This document shows positions 17,635 through 25,736 of a stretch of DNA of 33,542 nucleotides, piece after piece. The notes beneath the pieces are model-generated. The model made no database searches. It had not been told where the DNA came from and was given only the letters and a program-made list of their open reading frames with translations. This stretch comes from a virus. Taxonomy: Duplodnaviria > Caudoviricetes. A program made the translations under genes and the position numbers. The number at the start of each line of letters is the position of its first letter. The stretch's first letter is position 1. The stretch lies in the IMG/VR virus record IMGVR_UViG_3300038673_000846, positions 1 to 33,542 of that record; one strand, given 5' to 3'.

Positions 17635-18025
17635 GCTTAAAACTCACCTCTACGCCGAAAACGTAGCCATCATCAACCGCAGCGACGACACCATCACCCA
17701 GGCAGCCATCGATGCAGCAATAGCAGAAGCCAAGAGTTACCTGGGGGCATATGACATCGAAACGGTATTCGCCCGCACCGGACTCTCCCGCAATGCCCTG
17801 CTTCTGCTATTCGTAAAGGATATTGCCGCATGGCATTTCCTGGTATTGTGCAATGCTGGCACCGAGCTCAAGCTCCGCCAGGATCGCTATGAGCGGGCCA
17901 TAGGCTGGCTTAAGGCTGTGCAGAAGGGTGACCTCTCCGCTGACCTTCCACTGGCTAAAGAGAACGGGGAGGAAATAGGCATCATCACCTACGGATCGAA
18001 TGAAAAACGTGAAAACCATTTTTAA
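17612..18025 (+). CDS. Head-tail adaptor, Mu gp36/DUF1320-like
   Basis: AIDAAIAEAKSYLG.YD...DIAAWH...RYERAIGWLKAVQKG motifs. Confidence 0.85.
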   Translation: MAFLTTSELKTHLYAENVAIINRSDDTITQAAIDAAIAEAKSYLGAYDIETVFARTGLSRNALLLLFVKDIAAWHFLVLCNAGTELKLRQDRYERAIGWLKAVQKGDLSADLPLAKENGEEIGIITYGSNEKRENHF

Positions 18026-18034
18026 CAACTGAAT

Positions 18035-20494
18035 ATGGCCAAGAAAGAAACCACCAAGCTGGTCACTCCTCAGCTTGTCATAAAAGCGCCGAACCGGCAG
18101 AGCGCTGATGTCGGAGCCTGGCGTAATGCCTTGCGCAGTGCCGACGGCGGAAGGGTAAAAAGCCTGTATGATCTCTTCGATGATCTGCTGATTGACGGTG
18201 TTCTGAGCGATGCTGTGGAAAAACGCGTGCAAGCCGTGACTAACTCTGCCGTCACCTTCCAGGATGCCGACGGTGCGGAGGTGCCTGAGATGGCCGCCAT
18301 CATCGACACCGAGGCTTTCGAGGAACTGGAAAAGACCATCCTCGACTCACTTTTCTGGGGCAGATCGGGCGGGGAATTCGCTTTCTCAGAGACAGGGTTC
18401 ACCTTTACCGCCATCAACCCCAAGCACATCAAGCCCGAGAACAAGAATATACTCCTTACAGAAGGAGATGAAACAGGGATCCCATATGAAGAGGATGATC
18501 ATCTTCTTGTGCTTGGTAAGCCGCGCCGGTTCGGGCTGCTGCTCAAGGCTGCCCCTTATGTAATCTGGAAGCGGGGAGGGTTCGGCGATTATGCGCAGTG
18601 GCTTGAACTCTTCGGAATGCCCCAGCGGGTCGGCAAATACTCCAGCTATGACCCCGAAAGCCGCAAACTTCTCGAACAGGCCCTTGAAGCGGCCGGATCA
18701 GCCCCCTGGATAGTGGTACCAAAAGAAACCGATGTGGAAACCACCTCCAACAGCGGAGGGGGATCCGGGGATAGTTATGACGGTTTCCGCCGGGCTTGTA
18801 ACGAGGAGGTTCTGATCACCATACTTGGACAGACCCTTACCACCACCCAGAACGATACCGGGGCCCGGTCGCTTGGGGAAGTTCACAAGCAGGTAGAAGA
18901 GGGTAAGAACCGCGCCGACATGCGCTTTGTTCAGCGGGTATTGAACCAGTATGTGGTGCCACTTCTTGAAAAACGCGGATACCCGGTAACCGGAGGAAAA
19001 TTCGTGTTCCCCGAGGCTGCGACCGAACTCACAGTGGCCGACATCGTACAGCTCTGCGATATCCTTGACATCCCGGCAAGCTTCCTGCACGATAAGTTCA
19101 GTATCCCTGTCCCAGCGGACGGTGAGCCGATCGCGCGCCGCGCAGCACAACCGGTCGTCATGCCAGTCCCGGCTGATGACAGTGAGGAAGAGCAGGACGA
19201 GGAAGAGCCTGTCAAGAACAGGGACCGCGGGTTCTGGTGGAGGATGATGCGTTTTTTCGTGGGGGCCCCGCAGAGCGGGGCATTCAAACCCGGAACCCTC
19301 ACGCTGAGTGACAGCCTCGACGACCGCATCATAGAGGCAGCAGTCAATGGCAATAAGTTCCTGCCTGACCTCTTCTCATGGATCTCTACCGACCTTGTCA
19401 GCGCACTCGACAGTAAGCCCGTCAAACTTGCCGACCTGGGCTTTACCTACGGGTACCAGAACGATGTTTTCAGAACAGCCCAGGAGCTGAATGTCTTTCA
19501 TTTCAGCGCGGCCAAAACCCTGGCTGAACTGCAGGAGCTCAATCGCATTTACCGCGAAAGCAGCAGCTACGACGATTTCCGGAAGAAAGCCGCCGAGGTG
19601 ACCAGGACATATAATGAGGTCTGGCAGAAAACAGAGTGGCAGACAGGCACCTTGATCAGCGAGTCAACGGCCAATTACAACCGCCTGGCAGGGAAGAAAA
19701 AACTTTTCCCATATTGGCAGTACAAGACGGTAGGCGATGATAAGGTGAGGCCAGAGCATCGCATGATCGACGACGTGGTGCTCCCTGCCGACGATCCACG
19801 GTGGAAGAAGATCTGGCCGCCCAACGGATGGAAATGCCGCTGCTATGTGGTTCCAAAGATGCGGCACGAAGTCACCGAGGCGATGGTCACAGAAAGCAGG
19901 CGCCGTGTCGATGCGTTCCTGGAGAGTGCCGAGTGGAAGAAAGCGGCTGCCCAGGGTTTCGGGGTTAACAGGGCCCTCATGCCTGAGATCTATTCCGAGG
20001 ATCAGCAGTATATCTCCAAATTCCCGCAACAGGCCAGCAGCCTGCTCGGCGATGTCAACTACCAGACTTATGGTCTGGGATCCTATGCTGATAACCGGAA
20101 GAAGGCAGTGCTTGATATGCCGGTATATTCAGGTACCACAGCCAACTTCGTTAAATCTCTGGTAACTGAGGCGGGGAAAACCTTCATGACCGATTACGTG
20201 GGGCGCAAGGTGCTCCTTCCCGCGAAAGTGAGCAAGGAGATGACACCTGCCATCCAGGCGGCTTCTGAAGCCCTGAAGATGCCCGACGAGGTATGGATCA
20301 ACGGCGATGCCAAGAATGGATTCTCTGAGCTTGTATCCCTGAAATATTACCGTGATGCCACCGTGGCCGTCACCAGCGTGGTGAGGGGCGGTAGAATATA
20401 CCAGGTGAAATCGTGGAGCGTAGTCAACGAGAAGGAGAAGGGGAAGAAGAAAGCGCTTCGTTGGGGACTTCTCATTAAAAATGTGAAGCGATGA
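18035..20494 (+). CDS. Portal (Mu gp29/DUF935-like) fused to a MuF head-morphogenesis domain and a C-terminal PBECR-like domain
   Basis: Portal: WLELFGMPQRVGKY, ILGQTLTT, ARSLGEVH; acidic linker DDSEEEQDEEE; MuF: WQYKTVGDDKVRPEH...PPNGWKCRC; C-terminal LKMPDEVW. Confidence 0.88.
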   Translation: MAKKETTKLVTPQLVIKAPNRQSADVGAWRNALRSADGGRVKSLYDLFDDLLIDGVLSDAVEKRVQAVTNSAVTFQDADGAEVPEMAAIIDTEAFEELEKTILDSLFWGRSGGEFAFSETGFTFTAINPKHIKPENKNILLTEGDETGIPYEEDDHLLVLGKPRRFGLLLKAAPYVIWKRGGFGDYAQWLELFGMPQRVGKYSSYDPESRKLLEQALEAAGSAPWIVVPKETDVETTSNSGGGSGDSYDGFRRACNEEVLITILGQTLTTTQNDTGARSLGEVHKQVEEGKNRADMRFVQRVLNQYVVPLLEKRGYPVTGGKFVFPEAATELTVADIVQLCDILDIPASFLHDKFSIPVPADGEPIARRAAQPVVMPVPADDSEEEQDEEEPVKNRDRGFWWRMMRFFVGAPQSGAFKPGTLTLSDSLDDRIIEAAVNGNKFLPDLFSWISTDLVSALDSKPVKLADLGFTYGYQNDVFRTAQELNVFHFSAAKTLAELQELNRIYRESSSYDDFRKKAAEVTRTYNEVWQKTEWQTGTLISESTANYNRLAGKKKLFPYWQYKTVGDDKVRPEHRMIDDVVLPADDPRWKKIWPPNGWKCRCYVVPKMRHEVTEAMVTESRRRVDAFLESAEWKKAAAQGFGVNRALMPEIYSEDQQYISKFPQQASSLLGDVNYQTYGLGSYADNRKKAVLDMPVYSGTTANFVKSLVTEAGKTFMTDYVGRKVLLPAKVSKEMTPAIQAASEALKMPDEVWINGDAKNGFSELVSLKYYRDATVAVTSVVRGGRIYQVKSWSVVNEKEKGKKKALRWGLLIKNVKR
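19252..19281 (+). promoter_or_regulatory. Putative programmed -1 ribosomal frameshift signal inside the portal-MuF gene
   Basis: In-frame T_TTT_TTC (19252-58), 6-nt spacer, stem GCCCCGC-AGA-GCGGGGC (19265-81); the -1 frame stops at TGA 19309-11. Confidence 0.7.
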
Positions 20495-20964
20495 AATTCG
20501 AGGATCTTGGATCTTACTTTGAACACCTTGCCGATAACCTGCTAACTGACGTGCCCGACATCGTGGCAGAAACGGCTACCGAGTATTACAAGGAGTCGTT
20601 TTCGCGCAAGGGGTTTGACGGGGAGATGTGGCCTGCAGCGAAGGTGCCAAAGACTACGGGGTCGCTCCTGGTGGAAAGCGGCGCCCTGGTCAACTCCATA
20701 CGACCGGCTGTCATTGAACCGCACAGGGTAGTTATCAGCGCTGGGGATGATAAGGTCGCCTATGCACGCCCACATAATGAGGGCATGAATGAAAACGTTA
20801 CCGTCCCGGCGCATACCAGGAGAACAAAGAAGGGGCCGGTAAACGTGAAACAGCACACCCGGCACGTAGTCCTCCCGAGGCGTCAGTTTATGGGAGAGAG
20901 CAATGAGCTGGCCACCAAACTTGTGGACAGGATTGAGGGGTATATTGAATCTATAATTGAATAG
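20491..20964 (+). CDS. Virion morphogenesis/tail completion protein (Mu gpG-like)
   Basis: LLVESGALVNSI, YARPHNEG, LPRRQFMG motifs. Confidence 0.85.
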   Translation: MKFEDLGSYFEHLADNLLTDVPDIVAETATEYYKESFSRKGFDGEMWPAAKVPKTTGSLLVESGALVNSIRPAVIEPHRVVISAGDDKVAYARPHNEGMNENVTVPAHTRRTKKGPVNVKQHTRHVVLPRRQFMGESNELATKLVDRIEGYIESIIE

Positions 20965-20966
20965 TC

Positions 20967-21404
20967 ATGAACAAAGAGATTTACGAAAGCATTGCCGACC
21001 GCATCGGTGCCGAGGTGAGCGCACTGCGCTGGATCGACCTCGACAACGGGCAGTTCGAGAGCCCCGACAGGCCATCTGTGGCCTTCCCGGCCTGCCTTAT
21101 CGATATGGCCTACCCTCTTTGTGAGGATAATGGGGAAACCGTCCAGAACGTCACCTGCCAGGTTACGCTCAGGGTGGCCTTCCTTCTCACTGGTCCTACC
21201 AGCAACACGAACACGGAAGTAAGAAGTGCGTCGCTTGCAATTTTTCAGGTGATAGAGGATATTCACACGGCATTACAGAATTTTTATACCGACCAGTTAG
21301 GGAGCTTCTCGCGCCGGTCGGTCGTTCCCGAGCGTCGCAACGACGGAATAAAAGTGTACCGCATGGTATACCAGTCGGTCTTCGAGGAAGACACGGCAGA
21401 ATGA
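20967..21404 (+). CDS. Tail terminator-like protein (Mu gp37-like)
   Basis: LRWIDLDNGQ...VAFPACLI...IHTALQ; last neck gene. Confidence 0.65.
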   Translation: MNKEIYESIADRIGAEVSALRWIDLDNGQFESPDRPSVAFPACLIDMAYPLCEDNGETVQNVTCQVTLRVAFLLTGPTSNTNTEVRSASLAIFQVIEDIHTALQNFYTDQLGSFSRRSVVPERRNDGIKVYRMVYQSVFEEDTAE

Positions 21405-21439
21405 AAAAAGCCCCTCGGGATCCGGGGGGCTTTCGTTTT
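21404..21439. terminator. Bidirectional intrinsic terminator between convergent operons
   Basis: AAAGCCCCTCGG-GAT-CCGGGGGGCTTT with an A6 tract on the left and TTTCGTTTT on the right. Confidence 0.85.
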
Positions 21440-21453
21440 GCGGAACGGATTTT

Positions 21454-22041
21454 TCAATCCTGGATGGTTTCAAGAATACCATCCTCAAAATAGAGGTAAC
21501 TGTTCTTATAGTTGTCACCCCGGTATACCCATTGCTCTGAAGTCTTATAAACATTGGATGTTCTGTTTATGTCATCCGGAGCCCCCCAACTTTCACGGAC
21601 CTCTTCAGCTGTCATCCCAAGTATTACCTTGCCCGCCAATATAATGCGTGCATGCAACTCACCATATTTATCTGTCAGAGAGTTTAGCCTCTGCTTTTTC
21701 TCTTCCTCTCGTTTAATTTTTTCATTATAGATCCTTTCATTTTCCATGGCGAGTTTATCTTGTTTCACCTTCTCTTTTATCGCATTTAACTCAGTATCAA
21801 AAATGAAAGTATCAAGGATATATCCGACTTCCCCCTTGTAAATCACTTTGAAATAGCCATCTATGACATCGATTACGTCAACGCTTCTTCCGCGCCCTAT
21901 CTTTGTGATAACTTCAGAGTTCGGTTCTCGGAATAACTGGCAGTTCTGATACTTGATCGTACATGTCTTTATCACATCCTGGGCATTGACATTTTCACAC
22001 ATGGTAAAAATGATTGAGAGAATAATAACCAACTTCTTCAT
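21454..22041 (-). CDS. Exported protein: signal peptide + SH3b-like domain + coiled coil + BamE/SmpA-like C-terminal domain (moron)
   Basis: MKKLVIILSIIF...VNA-Q; LFREPNSEVITKI...GYFKVIYKGEVGYI (SH3b-like); LGMTAEEVRESWGAP...EQWVY...YLYFEDG. Confidence 0.7.
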   Translation of the reverse strand: MKKLVIILSIIFTMCENVNAQDVIKTCTIKYQNCQLFREPNSEVITKIGRGRSVDVIDVIDGYFKVIYKGEVGYILDTFIFDTELNAIKEKVKQDKLAMENERIYNEKIKREEEKKQRLNSLTDKYGELHARIILAGKVILGMTAEEVRESWGAPDDINRTSNVYKTSEQWVYRGDNYKNSYLYFEDGILETIQD

Positions 22042-22079
22042 CTCTTAATATTTAAAGGTTAATAAATGATTGTATAAAT

Positions 22080-22310
22080 TTAAAACAATCTTGGATGCTC
22101 CGCTTCAGCCGTGTTCTGTTTTTTACTCCCATCCTTTGAATAATCAAGAAGGAGAGCGTCGAGGGCACCTTCAGCCAGTTTCGCCTGACGCAGGATCTCA
22201 AAGTCGCGAGTTCTGAAATACTCCTTCTGCAAGGATCTCACCCTGATCGTCTGGTTGACGATGGTCTGCATCTGCTCAACCTCTTTTGCCAGTTCTTGTA
22301 TGCTTTTCAT
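22080..22310 (-). CDS. Hypothetical phage protein (VRSLQKEYFRTRD motif)
   Basis: Start MKSIQEL at 22310, directly after the upstream stop; helical. Confidence 0.6.
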   Translation of the reverse strand: MKSIQELAKEVEQMQTIVNQTIRVRSLQKEYFRTRDFEILRQAKLAEGALDALLLDYSKDGSKKQNTAEAEHPRLF

Positions 22311-22311
22311 A

Positions 22312-22422
22312 TCAATTACCAAAAACAGAAACGAAGAAATAAAGCGCATAGAGCGATAGCATACCGGCCACAGCCAGCCAGATCAGAATCTTCACCTTAT
22401 CATCATCATTCATTTGCTTCAT
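22312..22422 (-). CDS. 36-aa single-TM peptide (not in the ORF track)
   Basis: MKQMNDDDKVKILIWLAVAGMLSLYALYFFVSVFGN*; ATGA overlap with the upstream ORF. Confidence 0.6.
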   Translation of the reverse strand: MKQMNDDDKVKILIWLAVAGMLSLYALYFFVSVFGN

Positions 22423-22598
22423 TTCACAACCTCCAGTTCATTATAAAAATACCAATCCTGAATATTCTTGCTGTCAGCAAGCAGAAGAACACGGTGCTCA
22501 AAATTCACACCTTTGACCTCCTTGAGGTTACCGTCCTTGGAAATCCGGCAGCGCATTCCATGGCGCCACCCAACCTTGTCGAACTCATTTGATGTCAT
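22419..22598 (-). CDS. 59-aa hypothetical protein (not in the ORF track)
   Basis: MTSNEFDKVGWRHGMRCRISKDGNLKEVKGVNFEHRVLLLADSKNIQDWYFYNELEVVK*; ATGA overlaps on both sides. Confidence 0.65.
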   Translation of the reverse strand: MTSNEFDKVGWRHGMRCRISKDGNLKEVKGVNFEHRVLLLADSKNIQDWYFYNELEVVK

Positions 22599-22705
22599 AC
22601 CCAGTGCATGAATAAGATGATCATCATCATCGCCCCTACGTAAACACCTGTTATGAACCAGTCGAGCGAGGTGGACTGAATCGGGGGCTTATGTCTAAAA
22701 CTCAT
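22595..22705 (-). CDS. 36-aa single-TM peptide
   Basis: MSFRHKPPIQSTSLDWFITGVYVGAMMMIILFMHWV*; start overlaps the 3' end of the PP-loop gene. Confidence 0.55.
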   Translation of the reverse strand: MSFRHKPPIQSTSLDWFITGVYVGAMMMIILFMHWV

Positions 22706-23786
22706 AGAGCTTGGGGTCATTGATCCGTTCGACAAACTTCTCGATTGCTCTGAAATCTTCCATGGTCTGCAATTCAATGCCAGGCAAAAGGACGCCGTTA
22801 AGATCATCAAACAGCACCGGGTTTACCCGCTCGCAGAATGATACATCGATATCCACGTACCTTTTGAATTCCGGAAAAGAATAACCCGCGTACTGGATAG
22901 CATAGATCGTACTGCAAGCCATTTTCAGAGGTGCTTTCTGAAGGAACCGCATGATGTAATTTCTAACCGACAGATCTGACCAGTTGAGCGGATCCCTGAG
23001 TATAGCTTGTTTCCGGAAGCACTTGTAGCACTTCCGGCAAGCTGAATCATTTCCCACGGTGTGACAGCTCGAATAGAGCGAAATTCCAGATGAAGCAGCA
23101 ATGCGGGTAGTAAGCACCTCGCTGTACCCGGCGAGCGGACCGGTGATATTAATGCCGTAAATACCAAGCGCGCTGATTATCTTCGCAGACCGTGACTTCA
23201 GTAACCCTTCACCAGGAGTCACGTTGTGTTTAAATACCTTTCCATATTCAAACCCGATGTCGTCAAAAACCCACCCTAACGCGATGGTATTGGTAAGGAA
23301 GAGAGGCAAGAGAGGAATGAACATGCAAGCGTAACCCATGCCCACATTAAAGCCTTTTGTCTTTCCGTACAGGGTTCTGATGAGTTCAAAATCAGTATGC
23401 ACCTGGGGTGCCCCAACGGAAAGGACTGCCTTTATCTGCCGGTTATCATATTCCTTGTCGAATGACCTGGTGATATGAACAGGCTGGCCACCCGTGGCAT
23501 AAAGCAAGGCAGTGCTGTCAGATCCACCGCTATATGAAATAATCGGAGGACCGAAATCCTGAATAATCCTCCTTGGTTTTGGAAGGGTGACTTCTTCCAG
23601 CCCGTAAAAAAGCACGTAGATCATGAGGGTGAAAAGATCATCATCTACATCGGCCAGGCTGGATTCTGAATCAAGGAAGTTGTACTTCGCTGTGAATTTC
23701 TGCCCTAAAAAACTCAAGGTTATCACATTCGCGGAGACAGTCATAACACAGACCTTTTCCTCAAAGTGAAATGACAATTTTTTCAT
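22695..23786 (-). CDS. QueC-like PP-loop ATP-dependent enzyme with Zn motif (possibly DUF6395-like)
   Basis: ISYSGGSDSTALL PP-loop; C-x8-C-x2-C-x2-C (SCHTVGNDSACRKCYKC) matches the QueC Zn motif; ~80-aa N-terminal extension. Confidence 0.75.
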   Translation of the reverse strand: MKKLSFHFEEKVCVMTVSANVITLSFLGQKFTAKYNFLDSESSLADVDDDLFTLMIYVLFYGLEEVTLPKPRRIIQDFGPPIISYSGGSDSTALLYATGGQPVHITRSFDKEYDNRQIKAVLSVGAPQVHTDFELIRTLYGKTKGFNVGMGYACMFIPLLPLFLTNTIALGWVFDDIGFEYGKVFKHNVTPGEGLLKSRSAKIISALGIYGINITGPLAGYSEVLTTRIAASSGISLYSSCHTVGNDSACRKCYKCFRKQAILRDPLNWSDLSVRNYIMRFLQKAPLKMACSTIYAIQYAGYSFPEFKRYVDIDVSFCERVNPVLFDDLNGVLLPGIELQTMEDFRAIEKFVERINDPKLYEF

Positions 23787-24436
23787 GCTTCGATTCTATT
23801 TAAAAACATTTGAAACTTTGAGCGAAAACTCTTATCGCGGTCCATAAGGATCTTGCACTGATTATGTCCATACATCGCGCCGACATGATCGGCATATCCA
23901 AGTTTATAGGCAATTACATCATAGCCTATATTCAGATGTTCCCTGGCATAAAAGCAGATCATAAACCGCACGTGGGCAACCTCCCTTTTTGTAGTAGTCC
24001 CCAAAATCCTACTCTCAGCCACCCCGGTGATCGCAGCAGCATCGCGGATTAGGTTTTTTAGCAGTGCCTTGCTTGACTCGCTGGTGTTGGCCCCAGGCTT
24101 TAACAGTTTATGTACCTCTTTAGACTCCCACCCAGGGAATCCCCCAAGGTTGTGATCGTCGATGTAAACGTCTGCGAAGATCTTGCGGGTATCACCGTAA
24201 GCCTTCGTCATCTCCGGGTTCTGTTCGTTGATGGCATCGTAAGTAATCCCATTATCCAACAGAAACCGGATTGCGCTTTCCATGGGTTTACCGGTACGGC
24301 AGGTGTTTATGATGATATAGTTCCCGGCATCATGAAGCCGTTTTATCATTGTTGCGGCTCCTGGCAGCATCTTACCGATTGCCGGGTACTTACTCCCATC
24401 GGCAATGACACCGTCAAAATCAATTGCTATGATCAT
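23783..24436 (-). CDS. HAD-superfamily phosphatase (BT0820-like) fused to a DnaA domain-IV-like DNA-binding domain
   Basis: IAIDFDGVI, INTCRTG, RKIFADVYIDD (HAD motifs I-IV); C-terminal REVAHVRFMICFYAREHL...IAYKLGYADHVGAMYG resembles DnaA RQIAMYL...IG..FG.RDHTTV. Confidence 0.78.
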   Translation of the reverse strand: MIIAIDFDGVIADGSKYPAIGKMLPGAATMIKRLHDAGNYIIINTCRTGKPMESAIRFLLDNGITYDAINEQNPEMTKAYGDTRKIFADVYIDDHNLGGFPGWESKEVHKLLKPGANTSESSKALLKNLIRDAAAITGVAESRILGTTTKREVAHVRFMICFYAREHLNIGYDVIAYKLGYADHVGAMYGHNQCKILMDRDKSFRSKFQMFLNRIEA

Positions 24437-24636
24437 ATTACTTTCAATTCTTTAAGTGCTTCAATTAATGGTACTTCAATAGTGCGAAAGTTTACAGTGA
24501 ATCCTTTTCCACCGCAATAAGTGCAGGTTTTTACGAATTTGTGCCCCTGGAACTGGCTCTTTTTCAATCCGGAACCTCCACAGGCAAAACACTGTTTGTG
24601 GAACTCTTCCTTCCTTATTACCAAGTACTCAGTCAT
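24433..24636 (-). CDS. Small zinc-finger protein (DnaJ-type CxxCxGxG x2)
   Basis: CFACGGSG...CTYCGGKG; ATGA overlaps. Confidence 0.7.
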   Translation of the reverse strand: MTEYLVIRKEEFHKQCFACGGSGLKKSQFQGHKFVKTCTYCGGKGFTVNFRTIEVPLIEALKELKVI

Positions 24637-24827
24637 TCGCTCATTTTTAAAAAGATGCTGGTTGCCTTTGTGCCCTTATACGATCTGAGTTCAACGCCAT
24701 CTGCATTGATCACAAGCGTCTTGCTCTGCCGGTCGTAGATGTACTCTAAGTTTTCAATTCCTTCGAGTTTGTGATTGGCCGGTCCAATCTGAATGATCTG
24801 GAGGGAAGTGTTCATAATACCTGGCAT
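24633..24827 (-). CDS. Small hypothetical protein
   Basis: Coupled to both neighbours; true start may be MNTSL at 24815. Confidence 0.55.
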   Translation of the reverse strand: MPGIMNTSLQIIQIGPANHKLEGIENLEYIYDRQSKTLVINADGVELRSYKGTKATSIFLKMSE

Positions 24828-25735
24828 TTTGCTCTGGACCTTATTTCTTCGATGATCTCAAGTTGACGGCGAGTAAAAAAGCTGGTGGCTTCTTCGACAG
24901 GCACAGGGCCGCTGATTTTTTTGTAGTGGTCAAAGCTCCAGATATTCACATCGCTCTTCACATCCGTGAAAAAAGGCTTAGGATAATAGTTCTCCCCTTT
25001 TTTAATAAGGTAATTTTCAAGGACTACCGGAATATATCCGGCCATAATCATGGACATCTCTGACTCATGGTCCATACCACGGATCTGTTCATCTCTCCAA
25101 AGTGAAAATTTCCGTGGTTGAAATACATCGGCGATCTTCATTCCAACAATATATTCAGCCTGAAATTCCGGGATGGTCAGTGCTATTCCGCGTCGAAGGT
25201 TCAACCCTCCATAGGTACGGGTCTGCCTTGGAGTGATAGTTACTTTCCATCCGGCCCTCTCTAAAGCATCGCGTCTGAACATACGACCAGCCCCGATTAT
25301 CTTCGGAGCCTGGTAAGAATATCTGAATTTGATTGCTGTCCCTTGAAGGGCATCAAGGAAGTAAATCTGATTGGATCCAAAGTATGCAAGATTATCCTCC
25401 ATGGCCGTAGAATAGAACTTAATAACGTCAATTGGGAAAATATCATCATCACCCATCGATAACAGGTAATCGAAATCGTAACGCCCAAGGGCCTTTTGAA
25501 TACCTTCATTGAACTTTCTTCCAAGGGGAGCTGCATCAGTAATTATGGTTTCAATTCCATACCGAATACATAAGTCCTGCGACTCCTGATCGCTTACTAT
25601 CGCAACAGCCTTTGCAATTATATTTTCGTTAAGTCGACAGAAATCAACAGCCTGAACAGCTGCGATACACCAGAGTTCAGAAACAAGCGGCCTTTTGTGC
25701 ATGGCCGCTATGATCAATACTTTTGGTCTCCTCAC
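24812..25735 (-). CDS. GT-A/GT2-like glycosyltransferase, soluble
   Basis: KVLIIAAMHKRP, LGRKFNEGI, YLLSMGDDDIF (DxD-type), IIGAGRMF, GMDHE; likely GTG start at 25735, 1 nt after the upstream TAA. Confidence 0.8.
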   Translation of the reverse strand: MRRPKVLIIAAMHKRPLVSELWCIAAVQAVDFCRLNENIIAKAVAIVSDQESQDLCIRYGIETIITDAAPLGRKFNEGIQKALGRYDFDYLLSMGDDDIFPIDVIKFYSTAMEDNLAYFGSNQIYFLDALQGTAIKFRYSYQAPKIIGAGRMFRRDALERAGWKVTITPRQTRTYGGLNLRRGIALTIPEFQAEYIVGMKIADVFQPRKFSLWRDEQIRGMDHESEMSMIMAGYIPVVLENYLIKKGENYYPKPFFTDVKSDVNIWSFDHYKKISGPVPVEEATSFFTRRQLEIIEEIRSRAKCQVL

Positions 25736-25736
25736 A

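Noticed and set aside
15564-21554. Minus-strand ORFs over the terminase/portal operon
   Set aside because: Antisense shadows with no recognisable features.
22695-23786. Bona fide queC or a complete 7-deazaguanine DNA modification cluster
   Set aside because: Longer than QueC with an N-terminal extension, and folE, queD, queE and dpdA are not recognisable; gene symbol withheld.
24812-25735. gtrABC-type O-antigen conversion locus
   Set aside because: No flippase or multi-pass membrane transferase; the glycosyltransferase has no TM segment and lies in the early lytic operon.
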